DNA of 64,000 nucleotides from Octopus bimaculoides. Its lineage: Eukaryota. The notes under the pieces were generated by a model. The model saw only the letters and a list, made by a program, of their open reading frames with translations, was not told the origin of the DNA and searched no databases. Below are positions 14,092-26,889 of the stretch, piece by piece. The translations under genes were made by a program, and so were the position numbers. Every line of letters starts with the position of its first letter. Position 1 is the first letter of the stretch. The stretch spans positions 78,786,162-78,850,161 of the forward strand of contig NC_068985.1 of the NCBI RefSeq assembly GCF_001194135.2, read 5' to 3'.

Positions 14092-14160
14092 CTAGCATCT
14101 GACGAGATGGGCATGTCTGATATGCAGCCATGAAACCTTAAGTCATATGGTGCTGAGTCA
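14092..14160 (+). ncRNA. Hammerhead-like motif (with a more decayed inverted partner at 14001-14070, minus)
   Basis: CTGACGA 14099-14105; stem II atgg/ccat plus gcat/atgc; GAAAC-cttaa-GTC 14132-14144; extra unpaired G at 14106. Confidence 0.5.
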
Positions 14161-14544
14161 AATTGCTATTAAAAATATATGTAATGCCTACCAAATTCAT
14201 TGAGTCCTGCTTTCTTTTGTTTGTTCACTATATATATATACATGTTTTGAGTCATTTCCTTTAATTGTAATTGCAAACACACACACATNNNNNNNNNNNN
14301 NNNNNNNNNNNNNNNNNNNNNNNNNNNNNNNNNNNNNNNNNNNNNNNNNNNNNNNNNNNNNNNNNNNNNNNNNNNNNNNNNNNNNNNNNNNNNNNNNNNN
14401 NNNNNNNNNNCTATATATATATACATGTTTTGAGTCATTTCCTTTAATTGTAATTGCAAACACACACACATATATATATATAAATATATATATATCAGAG
14501 ATAGCTGTTATGGAATGAAATACGAGCAGTCACCATATTTCATT

Positions 14545-14650
14545 CCATAACGGCTACCTCTGATGAGCACAGGATTACATAACTGGATTGTTACCTAACA
14601 CTCCATTGAATCCCTAGTGTGAAACTGATTGGTAAGATTGGCCATAACGG
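14545..14650 (+). ncRNA. Type I hammerhead ribozyme motif (Penelope/retrozyme type), CpG-decayed
   Basis: Core CTGATGA 14560-14566; stem II gcacaggatt/aatccctagtgt; GAAAC 14621-14625; loop tgattg; GTA 14632-14634; stem I ggctacct/agattggcc. Confidence 0.65.
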
Positions 14651-15056
14651 ATATATATTACTGTATACTTCGGAGGATATATTAACATTGAGAGTAGTAG
14701 TTCATTGTAGCTGGTCCAATGACCCAATTACTTAGTCTCTACACTATGATGCCACTTCTTTAGACAAGTCAGGTTGCGCATGAAGACAAATTCCACCTCA
14801 CCAACAGCAGAAGCAATGTGGACAGAAAATATACATATACTTGTTTTCACATCTATTTTTCTATGCTAGCATGTATTACACAAATATTTGTGAGGCATTG
14901 TTTTACATCTGGTTGCCCTTCTTGACAATAATCCTTATCTGTTTTCAAGTAAGGTATTTCTTTCTTCTACATGGCTCCAAGTGTGTGTTGCTGAAAGAAT
15001 TGACAACAACAGTACTGCTACTTTCTTAGAAGTGAATTTAAATGTAAACACAGACA

Positions 15057-15098
<42 letters not shown>

Positions 15099-15514
15099 NN
15101 NNNNNNNNNNNNNNNNNNNNNNNNNNNNNNNNNNNNNNNNNNNNNNNNNNNNNNNNNNNNNNNNNNNNNNNNNNNNNNNNNNNNNNNNNNNNNNNNNNNN
15201 NNNNNNNNNNNNNNNNNNNNNNNNNNNNNNNNNNNNNNNNNNNNNNNNNNNNNNNNNNNNNNNNNNNNNNNNNNNNNNNNNNNNNNNNNNNNNNNNNNNN
15301 NNNNNNNNNNNNNNNNNNNNNNNNNNNNNNNNNNNNNNNNNNNNNNNNNNNNNNNNNNNNNNNNNNNNNNNNNNNNNNNNNNNNNNNNNNNNNNNNNNNN
15401 NNNNNNNNNNNNNNNNNNNNNNNNNNNNNNNNNNNNNNNNNNNNNNNNNNNNNNNNNNNNNNNNNNNNNNNNNNNNNNNNNNNNNCTGCAGAAGCTGATC
15501 TTGTCTTTCAATAT

Positions 15515-16380
15515 TTCAAGGTTGATAAAATAAAGTACTAGTAAAGTACTAGGAATGTTAGTTTATCAATAAGCCTTACATCAAAATTTGTGGCCTTCTG
15601 CCTAAATTCAAAATTATTAATTATTATTGCCCGTGGATTCCTGAATTAGCAGAATCTTTCAAGTTAGTGACAAAATACCTGGTGGTACTTGTTCCAGCTC
15701 TTTATGTTCTGTGTTCAAACCCTGTTGAGGTCAAACTATGCTTTTCATCCCTCCAGATTTGACAAAAAAAAAAAAATACAAGGTTCAGTTTAATCAATCA
15801 ACCACTCCCACAAAATTTCATGCCTTGTGCCTATAAAGACAATTGTTGTTATTGTGGCGGTGTAAGATTTGCAGAATTGTTAAAGCCTCAAACAAACTAA
15901 ATGGTAGTATATTTTTTGGCTTTACCTTTCATTCTTCCTGGGTCAATTACCTAAAATACTTGTCATTTACTGTGGCTGATAATAATCTTTTCTACTCTAG
16001 GCACAAGGCCTGAAATTTTTGGGGAGCGGGGAGCAGTCAATTAGATTGACCCTGAAAGAAAGAAAGGCAAAGTCGACCTCAGCAGAATTTGAACTCAGAA
16101 TGTATAGACAGACAAAATACCACTAAGCACTTTTCCTGTCGTGCTAATGTTTCTGCCAGTTTGCTGCCTTTGTGGTTGATAATATTGACTAAACCTACCT
16201 CTTTGAAATTGTTAGCCTTGTACCTAAATCAGAAATGTTGTCATCATTATTATCAACAGGATGATAGAGTGAAAGTATGTCTGAAAAAATGCCTTAAGGT
16301 ATTTTTTCTGGCTCTTTATATTCTGAGTTCAGTCCTACCAGGCTCAACTTTGACTCTCATCTTTCCTGGTTTGATAAAAT
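15515..16380. mobile_element. Mixed-orientation decayed Meta-type SINE copies
   Basis: Plus copies at about 15515-15840 and 16290-16380; minus copy at about 15985-16170. Confidence 0.6.
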
Positions 16381-18054
16381 ATCAAATATTATTATTATTG
16401 TGGCAGAAATATTATTCTTTCAGAATTTAGTTCCAGATGTCAACTTTCAGTGTTCAAATCTTTTGCAAATGGATTTGCTTTGACTCCTTCTCACCTGAAG
16501 TTCAGCATAACTACCACCATTCATGTATTGAGAAGGGGAAACCCATATCTCTTTTACAATATTCATACTCGTAGACCGGTGGATTAGGGCAAACTATTGA
16601 AGTTTAGTTGTTAGAAGCTGAAGGGAAACAGAAACAAGAAGAAAAATCTAACAGGGAGTAAGGTCAGTTTGAGAAGGAAAGATTGAAAAAGAAGTAATTT
16701 ATCTGAGATCTGTCAGATAGAGAAGAACTTAGCATAGAGTTACCTACTTTATTCAGAGGAGCACTGGTTAATGAAAATATAACAGAGAGGAGAGACAGCT
16801 GGACCGAATTTGGTCAAAACTTGAAGAACATCAAGTCATGTTTATGCTATCAGACAGATAAATTTCCTCTTATGAATGGTAGCTGTGATGGTCAGTACTA
16901 TAAACCAATGACTCCGAAGGATAGCACAAAAGACTCCATTTCCTGTAGTACATATAGGGAAAGCAAGTAAGGTTGCATTCACCAGCTACTTACAAGGAAC
17001 TGAATTCACCTCAGCAAGCTTATGAAACAATCATTTGTTGTAGTCAACATCAATGTTTTTAAGCCTGTTTTTTTCCATACTGGTATGGATTAGACACGAC
17101 TGCAGAAATATTCTATGACAGGATACTCTTCCATTCACCAGCCTTTGATTTACAAGTGAAGCATTTTCATTCTACTGATCATCATTAAAGAAAACCACCA
17201 AATTTCAGGCTACATTGATAGTTGTAAAGATAACATCACCATTGCCCAAATAGTGTCAAAGTAAAGATACACACAAATAAACAATCACACATGCTCAAAT
17301 ATATAGATGGATGCACACAATTCTGAATTATGTCCACCTGTTATTTATATCATGTGTGCTTTTTCTGATCTATAAACCCTTCTCAGACAAGCTAGATAGA
17401 TAGATTGACAGATTATAGACATACATATGAATGATGATAAGAGAGGGGGTGGGTGGATTAAAGATAGAAAACACAAGTGAAAAGGGTCAATGATTAAAAT
17501 CTCATTTACATTATTATTGTTGTTGTTTCATCTGTCAACATCTTAAGTTTTTATTTTTTTAATCTACCAAAAATATATTACAACTAAATGCAATTCACAA
17601 ACAGTTCCACTTGGCATGCCATTCCAGCTGTGAACATCTCCCATTTTCTTTCTAGCATATAATAAATAATGAGTTTATTATATACAGTGCTCAGGTGCGC
17701 TACAACTCATTGGGAAAGAGTAAAAGTAGAAAAAAAAAGATGAAGACAGGTAGTAGCCATAAATCAAGTAAAAAAAAAAAAAACTAATGATAATCTAAAG
17801 TACATGCAGAGTACACAGGATAAAACACAAGACAGAAAAGTGAAAAATGCAAGAACCATAAAAATAAAAAGGTACATAGATATATCAGTAGTGCTGGAAA
17901 ATTTTGCTAATACTATTAGTAATCGATAGGATAGGTTTATCCAGTATATTAAATATTTTGTAAGATGGTAGGGTGAAATTTGAAGATTTGAATGAGTTTT
18001 TTTCTGGCAGACCAAGCAATTATGCAGAGGTACACACACACACATCAGTATCAA

Positions 18055-18213
18055 GTTTCACATTGCTCTCCCTATTTAGGGTCTAGAATGAAAGTGGGAG
18101 AACATTCCATTAGTGGTTACATGAATTTTTGGAGTATAATAATCCAAAATGTCTTTGGTAAGGAAGATATCAAAATATTTCCGAACTTCCTTTTAAAGAA
18201 AAAAAGTTATATA

Positions 18214-18277
<64 letters not shown>

Positions 18278-18580
18278 TTTATTTATTTATGAGCGTACAT
18301 CTAGAAAGAGAAAGACAGACTTTGAATGGCTGTTTTTTTCCAGTAGGCCAAATGATTGAGCAGAGACTCTCTCTCTCTCTCACACACACAAATCTGTATT
18401 AAACTTCGCATTGCACACCCTATTTAGGACCTAGAATGCAAGTGGGAGAACATTCAACCACTGCTTACATGAATTCTCGGAAGATAAAAATCCAAAATGT
18501 CTTTGGTAAAGATGTCAAAATATTTCTGAACTTCCTTTTAAAGAAAAAAAAAATGTGTGTGTGTGTGTGTGTATATGTAT
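18055..18580. repeat. Local tandem duplication, ~170-bp homologous blocks 348 bp apart
   Basis: ccctatttagg..ctagaatg..aagtgggagaacatt...aaaatgtctttggtaa...gaacttccttttaaagaaaaaaa occurs twice. Confidence 0.9.
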
Positions 18581-19283
18581 ACATATACATATTTACATGT
18601 GTACATCAGACAGAGAGGTGTATTTATGACAATGTGATTAAGATATTTTCTTTGTAACCAGATGATCCTGAGTTCAATGCCACTGTGTTAGCCTTGGATA
18701 GATAAACACTTTGTGTTTTTATGTTTACACTACTCTAAAAATCAATATAATTTTATGTATTAGATTTTTGTTCCACAACTTAGTGGTTTAACAAAGAGAA
18801 ATCAATAAAATAAGTAATCAACTGAAACATGTAATAAGATTAATAACCATCAAGTAAAACTTTCGAAAGATGGTGCCCCAGCATGACCACAGTAAAAATG
18901 TATGTATGTATGTCCTGGGTATAACATTAAACTGTATCTGACAATGCAGATCCATTTTGGGAGTTCTGGAGTCATGGGGCGCATGGAGTCACCCCCTGAA
19001 TTACCATTACTCTCAATAGTACCTGTTAGGGTCCCATCTGTGGGTCAAACAGATTTCCCAGGTGTAGAGGAAGCTCCCATTATTTTAGAAGGCAGCTCTT
19101 CTAGGAGAGAGATACTCTAACATAAGATTTGCAGTCAAATTAGTACCAGTCATCTTGCAATGCTTGTCATTAGGACCTACTATGGCAACAATTGTACAAG
19201 GTTTTGTCACTTAAATTCAATGACATACAGATGAATATCATTTTAAAATGTGAGACAGCTATCATCTCACAAAGCAAGACAAT

Positions 19284-19335
<52 letters not shown>

Positions 19336-19389
19336 CATTTGTCATCTATTTGCTTTATGGCTATTTGCGTTTAGTAAATACTCAAAATG

Positions 19390-19500
19390 TATTAACCCTT
19401 TAGTAGTCAGATTATTCTGTCAAATGTGGTGTTTGTTTGTTCATATCATTTTAAATTAGCGATTGTTTAGTTTCAGAATGACATTGTAGGGACGAAGTGA
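19390..19500. mobile_element. Terminal fragment of the same TTAA MITE family, opposite orientation
   Basis: ttaaccctttagtagtcagattattctgtcaaatgt is the reverse complement of the end of the 33319-33548 copy. Confidence 0.55.
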
Positions 19501-20539
19501 GCTCAGCACTTTTATGGTAACCTGAAAGTGACATGACATTCCATAATCTTGGAACAGTAGACTGTTCTAAACAGACTCAGTCACTCACCACTCAAACAGT
19601 TGCTACTGACTACTGGTGAGCTAGAAGTAGAGTTTGATGTTTCTACAATGGATGTTAAAGAGCAAAGGAGTCCAGGCACCATATTTAATTGAACAGATAG
19701 ACAATACATCTAATCTTTGCATTACAATGACAAATATCAATCATAATCACTAGACAGAGTTGATTAATTTTGCTGAATTAATTAAGCTACAACAAATAAG
19801 TTACTGAGTTTTCTGTGGTTCTTGTTATATCACTAATCCCAGACTTTGGAAAACTAGCATCATCAAACCAAATATCAATTATGTAAAAGCAATTTAAATT
19901 ACTTAAACCAGAGAGAGATGCACTGAAAAACATTAAAACCCAAGGAAACCAATGATGGTCTATGTCAGGTATAGGAAGCTTTCTTTGAGAAGTAGGTCAC
20001 ATGAGACATGGCTTATCATCAGCAGGGCTATACTACTAAAAAAATCAAGGTAAGTTTTTGCTGGTACATCATTCAGAAAGTTCTGCTATCTGCAGTTTGC
20101 CAATGACTGGTCTATGTTGACAAGTTCACAAAATCGAATAAATTTGCATGCCATGAAAGTTTAATTAGGTTTCAGTTGAAGATCCTTTGTAGGAGTAAAA
20201 GAACGAAATGAAATAGTCAAAAGAACAAAGAAATATTAAACAATTCAAACTGGTTGCACTGGGTCAAGTACATCAGTTATTAAATTAATTAAACTAAAAG
20301 AAAAGGCATTATTTGGATTATGAATAAATTATGCAATTAATGATTGATAAGATTGTAATTTTTGGCAAATGGCAGGTCCGGACTATAATTAACTTAATAG
20401 CACCACTTGGTGGTTCAAACTTTTATTGGATCATCTTTTTAGTGTTTTTTATTTTTATTACAAAGTCCTAGAAATAAGAGCAGAACCCATAAACTTTGCA
20501 GGCCTTCCTGGACATATGAGCTTGATGGAGTTGATGTTT

Positions 20540-20824
20540 AACTTTAACTCTTGTAGGTTGAGGCTTGCAGAGAAAGAGTTCCAGTGAGATATTGGTTCCG
20601 GAGGTGAGAGGATTGTGAAAGAAAGTGTTTATTGCAGGGTATAGTGGGATGAGGCACTGTAGGAATTATGGGAAGAAGAAAAGCGGGTGCATTGTGCGTG
20701 CTTGGTGGAGATGGTGCATAGTTTGCTAGATTGGAAGTGCAGGAGTCAATGCAATAAAAGTAGAAAGGAAAATGGGGGAAAAAGAGGAGCAAAAGGAATA
20801 TATATTTATGCTTTGTCAATTTTG

Positions 20825-20856
<32 letters not shown>

Positions 20857-21438
20857 NNNNNNNNNNNNNNNNNNNNNNNNNNNNNNNNNNNNNNNNNNNN
20901 NNNNNNNNNNNNNNNNNNNNNNNNNNNNNNNNNNNNNNNNNNNNNNNNNNNNNNNNNNNNNNNNNNNNNNNNNNNNNNNNNNNNNNNNNNNNNNNNNNNN
21001 NNNNNNNNNNNNNNNNNNNNNNNNNNNNNNNNNNNNNNNNNNNNNNNNNNNNNNNNNNNNNNNNNNNNNNNNNNNNNNNNNNNNNNNNNNNNNNNNNNNN
21101 NNNNNNNNNNNNNNNNNNNNNNNNNNNNNNNNNNNNNNNNNNNNNNNNNNNNNNNNNNNNNNNNNNNNNNNNNNNNNNNNNNNNNNNNNNNNNNNNNNNN
21201 NNNNNNNNNNNNNNNNNNNNNNNNNNNNNNNNNNNNNNNNNNNNNNNNNNNNNNNNNNNNNNNNNNNNNNNNNNNNNNNNNNNNNNNNNNNNNNNNNNNN
21301 NNNNNNNNNNNNNNNNNNNNNNNNNNNNNNNNNNNNNNNNNNNNNNNNNNNNNNNNNNNNNNNNNNNNNNNNNNNNNNNNNNNNNNNNNNNNNNNNNNNN
21401 NNNNNNNNNNNNNNNNNNNNNNNNNNNNNNNNNNNNNN

Positions 21439-21486
<48 letters not shown>

Positions 21487-21830
21487 ATACTTATACCGTA
21501 TTGGTGAATTAAGGGTTATTAATTAGTCAGATGACCTTGTTTGTGATGCAATCTAAAAGGTTCATGTGAATTCAGCTGTTCCTTCACAAATGTTTGAACA
21601 ATACTCCAAAATGCATCGATTCTGTGCCCAGCATAGGCCAACTACTTGTTGGAGTTAAACTAGTTTTCTGATCTCAATAGGAAAACTCAGCTCTCCAGAT
21701 ACAGTTTTGGCATTCTTATAGATGTGGGATTACCACAGACGGTGTTCAGATATAGCAAAGCATGTGAAAATTGCTATTCTGATTAATGCTTTTAAGTAGG
21801 TAAAAGACTCTTCAGGAACAATTCATAAAA
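20540..21830 (-). mobile_element. Decayed CR1/Jockey-like LINE 3' portion interrupted by microsatellites and a gap
   Basis: Minus-strand remnants EYCSNI..GTA (about 21580-21620) and a downstream C-terminal region resembling the CR1 ORF2 end (20540-20770). Many stops. Confidence 0.55.
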
Positions 21831-21989
21831 CTAAGTAAAGCTTGAAACATTTTGGTTGCAATTAATGTTCACTATCAAGTTGTCTACATGAAAGTGTGTG
21901 AAAGTGTGCATAAAGAAAATGAATTTGCACACACATATAGACAAGAAAATTATGATGCACACAGGCATATATTATATATATATATATTG

Positions 21990-22358
21990 TGGAGGCGCAA
22001 TGGCCCAGTGGTTAGGGCAGCGGACTCACGGTTTTGATTTCCAGACCGGGTGTTGTGAGTGTTTATTGAGCAAAAACACCTAAAGCTCCACGAGGCTCCG
22101 GCAGGGGATGGTGGTGAACCCTGTTGTACTCTTTCACCACAACTTTCTCTCACTCTTTCTTCCTGTTTCTGTCGTACCTGTATTTCAAAGGGCCAGCCTT
22201 GTCACACTGTGTCATGCTGAATATCCCCGAGAACTACGTTAAGGGTACACGTGTCTGTGGAGTGCTCAGCCACTTGCACATTAATTTCACGAGTAGGCTG
22301 TTCCATTGATCGGATCAACTGGACCCCTCGACGTCGTAAGCGATGGAGTGCCAACAAC
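21990..22358 (+). mobile_element. Young tRNA-derived SINE, family C, inserted in (TA)n
   Basis: Head ggaggcgcaatggcccagtggttagggcagcggactc...tttgattccc; highly similar along its length to the 62623 copy. Confidence 0.85.
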
Positions 22359-22397
22359 ATATATATATATATATACACACACGGTTGTGTGTGTGTG

Positions 22398-22710
22398 AAG
22401 GTGAGTGACTAAGTGGTTGGGGTATTTGGCTCACAATCGTAAGGTCATGAATTTCAAAACTGGTGGTGTATCGTGTCCTTGAGCAAGATGCTTTATTTCA
22501 TGTTGCTCAGGTCCCCTGAAATGGTTAAAATGAGTTGTACCTGTAATTCAAAGGGCCAGCTTTGTCACATTGTGTCACACTGAATCTCCCCGAGAACTAT
22601 GTTATAGGTACACAAGCTCAGCCACTTGTACATTAATTTCATGAACAGACTGTTCTGTTGATCAGATCAACTGGAAATCTCATAACCATAATCGATGGAG
22701 TGCCAGTTTA
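22398..22710 (+). mobile_element. Chimeric SINE: family E head joined to family C 3' module
   Basis: Head ...gtgtccttgagcaagatgctttatttcatgttgctc followed by aattcaaagggccagc...gatggagtgcca, which is shared with 21990-22358. Confidence 0.7.
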
Positions 22711-25515
22711 CAAATACACACACACACACACATAAAATATATTTGTTCAAATCTAAGTGCACAACATGTCATCTCATTGAAATAAATGGTTAAATTTAGT
22801 GCTATATTAACTTCATCTGTTCTTCAAGGATAAAATAAATTTATGAGTTCATGATAATTTGAGTTCATATAATGATATAATGATTGCCAAATTATTGTAA
22901 TAGTTTCAAGTTTGTTTTCAAAAAATCAACAATTACGTTTTTTTTTAATTAATAACTGATAAAGTTATGAAAAAAATGTTGGTGCACACAAACATTTTAT
23001 CTTAAGCTTGTAAGAAAATTAATTTTGTAAATCACTGAGCTAAATTCTTGATATACAACTAAATTAAAAAGGTATACCAGTGTGCATGTAACTGTGTGTG
23101 TATGCATATATCTGTGGTTTGAAGTTATTGATTCTGTAAAAAGAAATTTATTTTAAAAATCAGTGAAGAAGAGGATTTTAAAGATTTTTTTTTTTTTAAT
23201 AATGAAATAATGGACATCTTGACATAGTATGATATGACACATTGCATGAGATGACAATTCAACAACTAAGAAATAACAAACAATACCAGCAGAAAAAGAA
23301 AAATATCAACTGAAATTAAAACAAAAAAAAAAATTTTTAAACCTAAGAAAACATCAATGAATTCTTGACATTTTTTAAGGATTGTGAAAGAATGGGAATG
23401 GAGAGGCTAGCAGGTGTTAGTGGGCAAGGAAGTTGGAATGAGGTAGAGCAGAAAAGGATTGAAGATGAACCAATACATTAGAATCTGGCAACAGGCAGAT
23501 AATTGAACATTATCATGGAAATTAGAAATTAAAAAAAATTACAGCTTTAACAAAACCAAAAAAAAAAAAAGGACAAAATAATATTAAACAATGTTTACAT
23601 GTTTGTGATAAAAACATAAGAGAACCAACATAAATTTCCTTCAATAAATCTCTCCACCACCATTTTCCAAAATGGAAAATAGATGTTTCAAGTACTAAGT
23701 CTCAGAACACGGAATTGTCTTCTTAAGTCTGGTATTTGGTTCTGATTTCATAGCATGAAACAGATTAGCAATAAATCTCACCTTGGATAAAACAGTGATC
23801 TATTTCAGGCAACATTCAAAGATAATCTGCTACTTATTTCTGACAGCTATATCAACTGAAACAATGTAGAATTGGGTGTACTATGCAAATACACAACACA
23901 GTGGCTGCACTTGATTTCAATTCAACACTGCTAATCTTGTAATCCAATATTTTATCCACTTCTTTTACATAAGGACAGAATAAAGTAGACTATACAATGA
24001 AGTTAGTAGACCCAAACTGAAACACTACATATCTTATCTATGTGTGTGTGTGTATATATATATATAAAATACAAAAACACACAGCATTTTAATTCTAAGT
24101 CATCAGACTGTAACCATGCTAGGGCACTGCCTTAAGAGCTTTAATCAGTCAAACCAACCCAGTATTAATTATTTTTAAGTCTTCTATTTACATTGGTATC
24201 TTTCTGCTGAGCTGCTAAGTAACAAGGACATAAAAAAAAAACCACCAACAAATTAGTTGCCAAAGGATAACACAATTAAAGATGCATACTGCTACACCTG
24301 TGCATGTACAGATGTTGTTGTTCAATGAGTTCTTCCATTTTCAAGACACTGGTGATTAATTGAAGTGAGATGTGGCTGGTATTTCTGGAATGTCAAGTGA
24401 TCTCATGGAAACTCCACTGTTTGCAGCTACACAAATATATGTATGCATGTGTGAGTGTATATACATACATATATATTTGCACAAAGGTATACATATGTGC
24501 CTGTAGTATCTGCATGTTGTTATATTCATATCAGATAATTACTAAAGATATATCTGTATTGATGGGCTTATATATTTGTAATATATTTACATAAACATAT
24601 ATTTATGCCAGTTGGTATTTTATATGTGCATCTATATATGTACATGTGTATATCTTTCACTTATTCTCTCTGTATGCATGTACACATACAACTATATTTC
24701 TTTTGTTCCCACCTCCCACCAATGTTTTTAAACATCTGCTAGTGTTCCTTTTATTTATTCCTTGCTCTGACCATTGATTTTCCCCTCAACATGTTACTTC
24801 TTCCTTCTTACTAAACCTAATTTATTTATCCTTCAATCTCATTTGACATTTTTCTCTCCAACACAAAAGGTTGTTTTTCACAGTATAAAAATATATTCCA
24901 CTGTTTGAATTATTTATATTACTTTTTGCCAAAACAAAACATCAGTAGTTTCCTTAGGCTCCACTGTTTTATTATGTCCAACTGTTTTGTGACATTATCC
25001 TTAAGCTACTTCTTCGATTGACTCTTCCCCTCTCTCTCAGAAGAAACCAAATTTATAGAGCGTTGGGTAACTGTTTAGAGAAACATTAGTTTATATAGAG
25101 GCAGGAGTGGCTGTGTAGTAAGAAGTTTGATTCCTAATCTCATGGGTCCTGATTCAGTACCACTGCATGGCACATTGGGCAAGTGTCTACTACAATAGAC
25201 CCTGGCTATAATAGAAGACACTTATGAGTGGATTTGGCAGATATTAAACTACAAGCCCATCATATATGTGTCTTTAGTTCACTACCACTGCTTGACAACC
25301 TCTGTTGGTTTGTTTACACCCCTATAATTTAGCAGTTTGGCATAAGAGATAAGCTTTAAAAAAAGGGGGGCAGGGATCAATCTGTTTAATTAAAACCCTC
25401 CAAAGCAGTGCCCAAAATGGCTGCATCCCAATTAATTTTAATAAACAAAGCATTCTTGCCTATGAACCAACACAAAATTCTCACTGGATGTAAATAGACA
25501 ACAGCAATATATAAT

Positions 25516-25694
25516 CATTTCTACTAAAGGTACAAGGCCTGAAATTTTTGTGGAGGGGACTAGTTGATTACATCAACCCCAATGTTTCACTGGTACTTAA
25601 TTTACCAACCCTGAAAGAATGAAATGTAAAGATGGACAAAATGCCATTAAGTATTTTACTTGACATGCTAATGATTCTGCCAGTTCATCACCTT
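25516..25694 (-). mobile_element. Meta-type SINE (internally deleted) with perfect 16-bp TSD
   Basis: aacagcaatatataat at 25500-25515 and 25695-25710. Confidence 0.85.
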
Positions 25695-26089
25695 AACAGC
25701 AATATATAATGACTATTATTTTGCAGTGCCAAGCACAAAACACCCTGACACTCAGCAAGCCTATGTTATAGGTCATGATCAAAGGTTTCACACTTCTTGG
25801 AAATTTATCAATGACATTGGCAGCCTTAGTGAAATCACTGCCATCAATTTTATATCAGCTTTTTCATGTGGACATGGAAAATCTGATATATTTTATTAGG
25901 CAATACTCGATAGCTGGATGCTCTTCCTGTTACCAACCATTATTTTCAAGTAAGTTACTCTATTCTACTTTGCAAGCTGAACCATTGAGCTGCGAGACAT
26001 TTTGATTCTGAGAGATATAAATGTTACCACTACTCAAAAAGTGTTAAGGCAAAGACATGGTGAGACAAACACACTTATGTATATAAATA

Positions 26090-26134
<45 letters not shown>

Positions 26135-26889
26135 ACTGGATTGCCTATGTTCAGTCCAGTGTAGGACAAGGGCCTTGGCATGTTCTCTCCACCAACTAGT
26201 TTGATATGGAGGCTGTGAATTTGAGCTTGAGATCATGCTGGTTTGAGCCTACTCTGCCACGTTAGCTCAACATGGCTTGACAGAAGGGGTGCAGTTTTTA
26301 TCCTCTTACTCATGAGTAGTTAAGTTGATTACATTGACCCCAGTGCTCAATTGGCATTTATCTTATTGACTCCAAAAGGATGAAAAGCAAAGCCAACCTT
26401 AGTGGGACTTGAACTCAGAACATAAAGACAGATGAAAACCCACTGAACATTTCATCCAGCATGCTAATGATTCTACCATATACATATATACACATACATA
26501 CATATATACATACACACAAATACATGTGTATGTAGCAAGCTTCCTTACAGTTTTAGTCTACAAAATTGCATTCACAAGACATTGGTCAACCCAAAGATAC
26601 AATAAAAGTCACTTGCTCAAAATGTCATATAGTGAGATCACATCCTGCTCCCAAAATCCTATGGCTGCCAGTCAAACATCTTAACCACACAGAAATACCT
26701 TCATCTCTTTTAACTTTAATTTTTTGCACTTTCCTTTCATCATCGTATGTTTATATAATCTCTGTGAATACCACCTAGTGCCTCATGTGCCATAGACTAA
26801 CCACCAATGATATACACAATTGTTGTGACTATATTAGTCAAATGGATGTAGAGGTTTCTGATGATAATCCAATAAGATTCGAAAATCTA

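Noticed and set aside
14228-14471. Identical ~60-bp sequence on both sides of the 14289-14410 gap
   Set aside because: An exact duplication at contig ends is most simply an unmerged assembly overlap.
16430-17180. Possible additional decayed CR1-like RT fragment on the minus strand
   Set aside because: Motif traces were too faint to support a call without an alignment.
20008-20056. ATG in good context, MAYHQQGYTTKKIK, then a strong GTAAGT donor
   Set aside because: Too short to distinguish from chance, with no promoter or downstream exon evidence.
20400-20414. CTCF-like word ccaccaagtggtgc (minus strand)
   Set aside because: A single degenerate match, expected by chance in 64 kb.
21990-22065. 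tRNA-like sequences (also at 61167, 62623 and other SINE heads)
   Set aside because: A/B-box heads continue into SINE bodies with tails or TSDs; no complete cloverleaf was seen.
23782-23855. Strong minus-strand acceptor/donor pair enclosing 74 nt
   Set aside because: Stops in all three frames; a non-coding exon is possible but unsupported.
25727-25899. 56-codon open frame after a plausible plus-strand acceptor
   Set aside because: The 3' part overlaps a family F repeat remnant, there is no good donor and no recognisable family.
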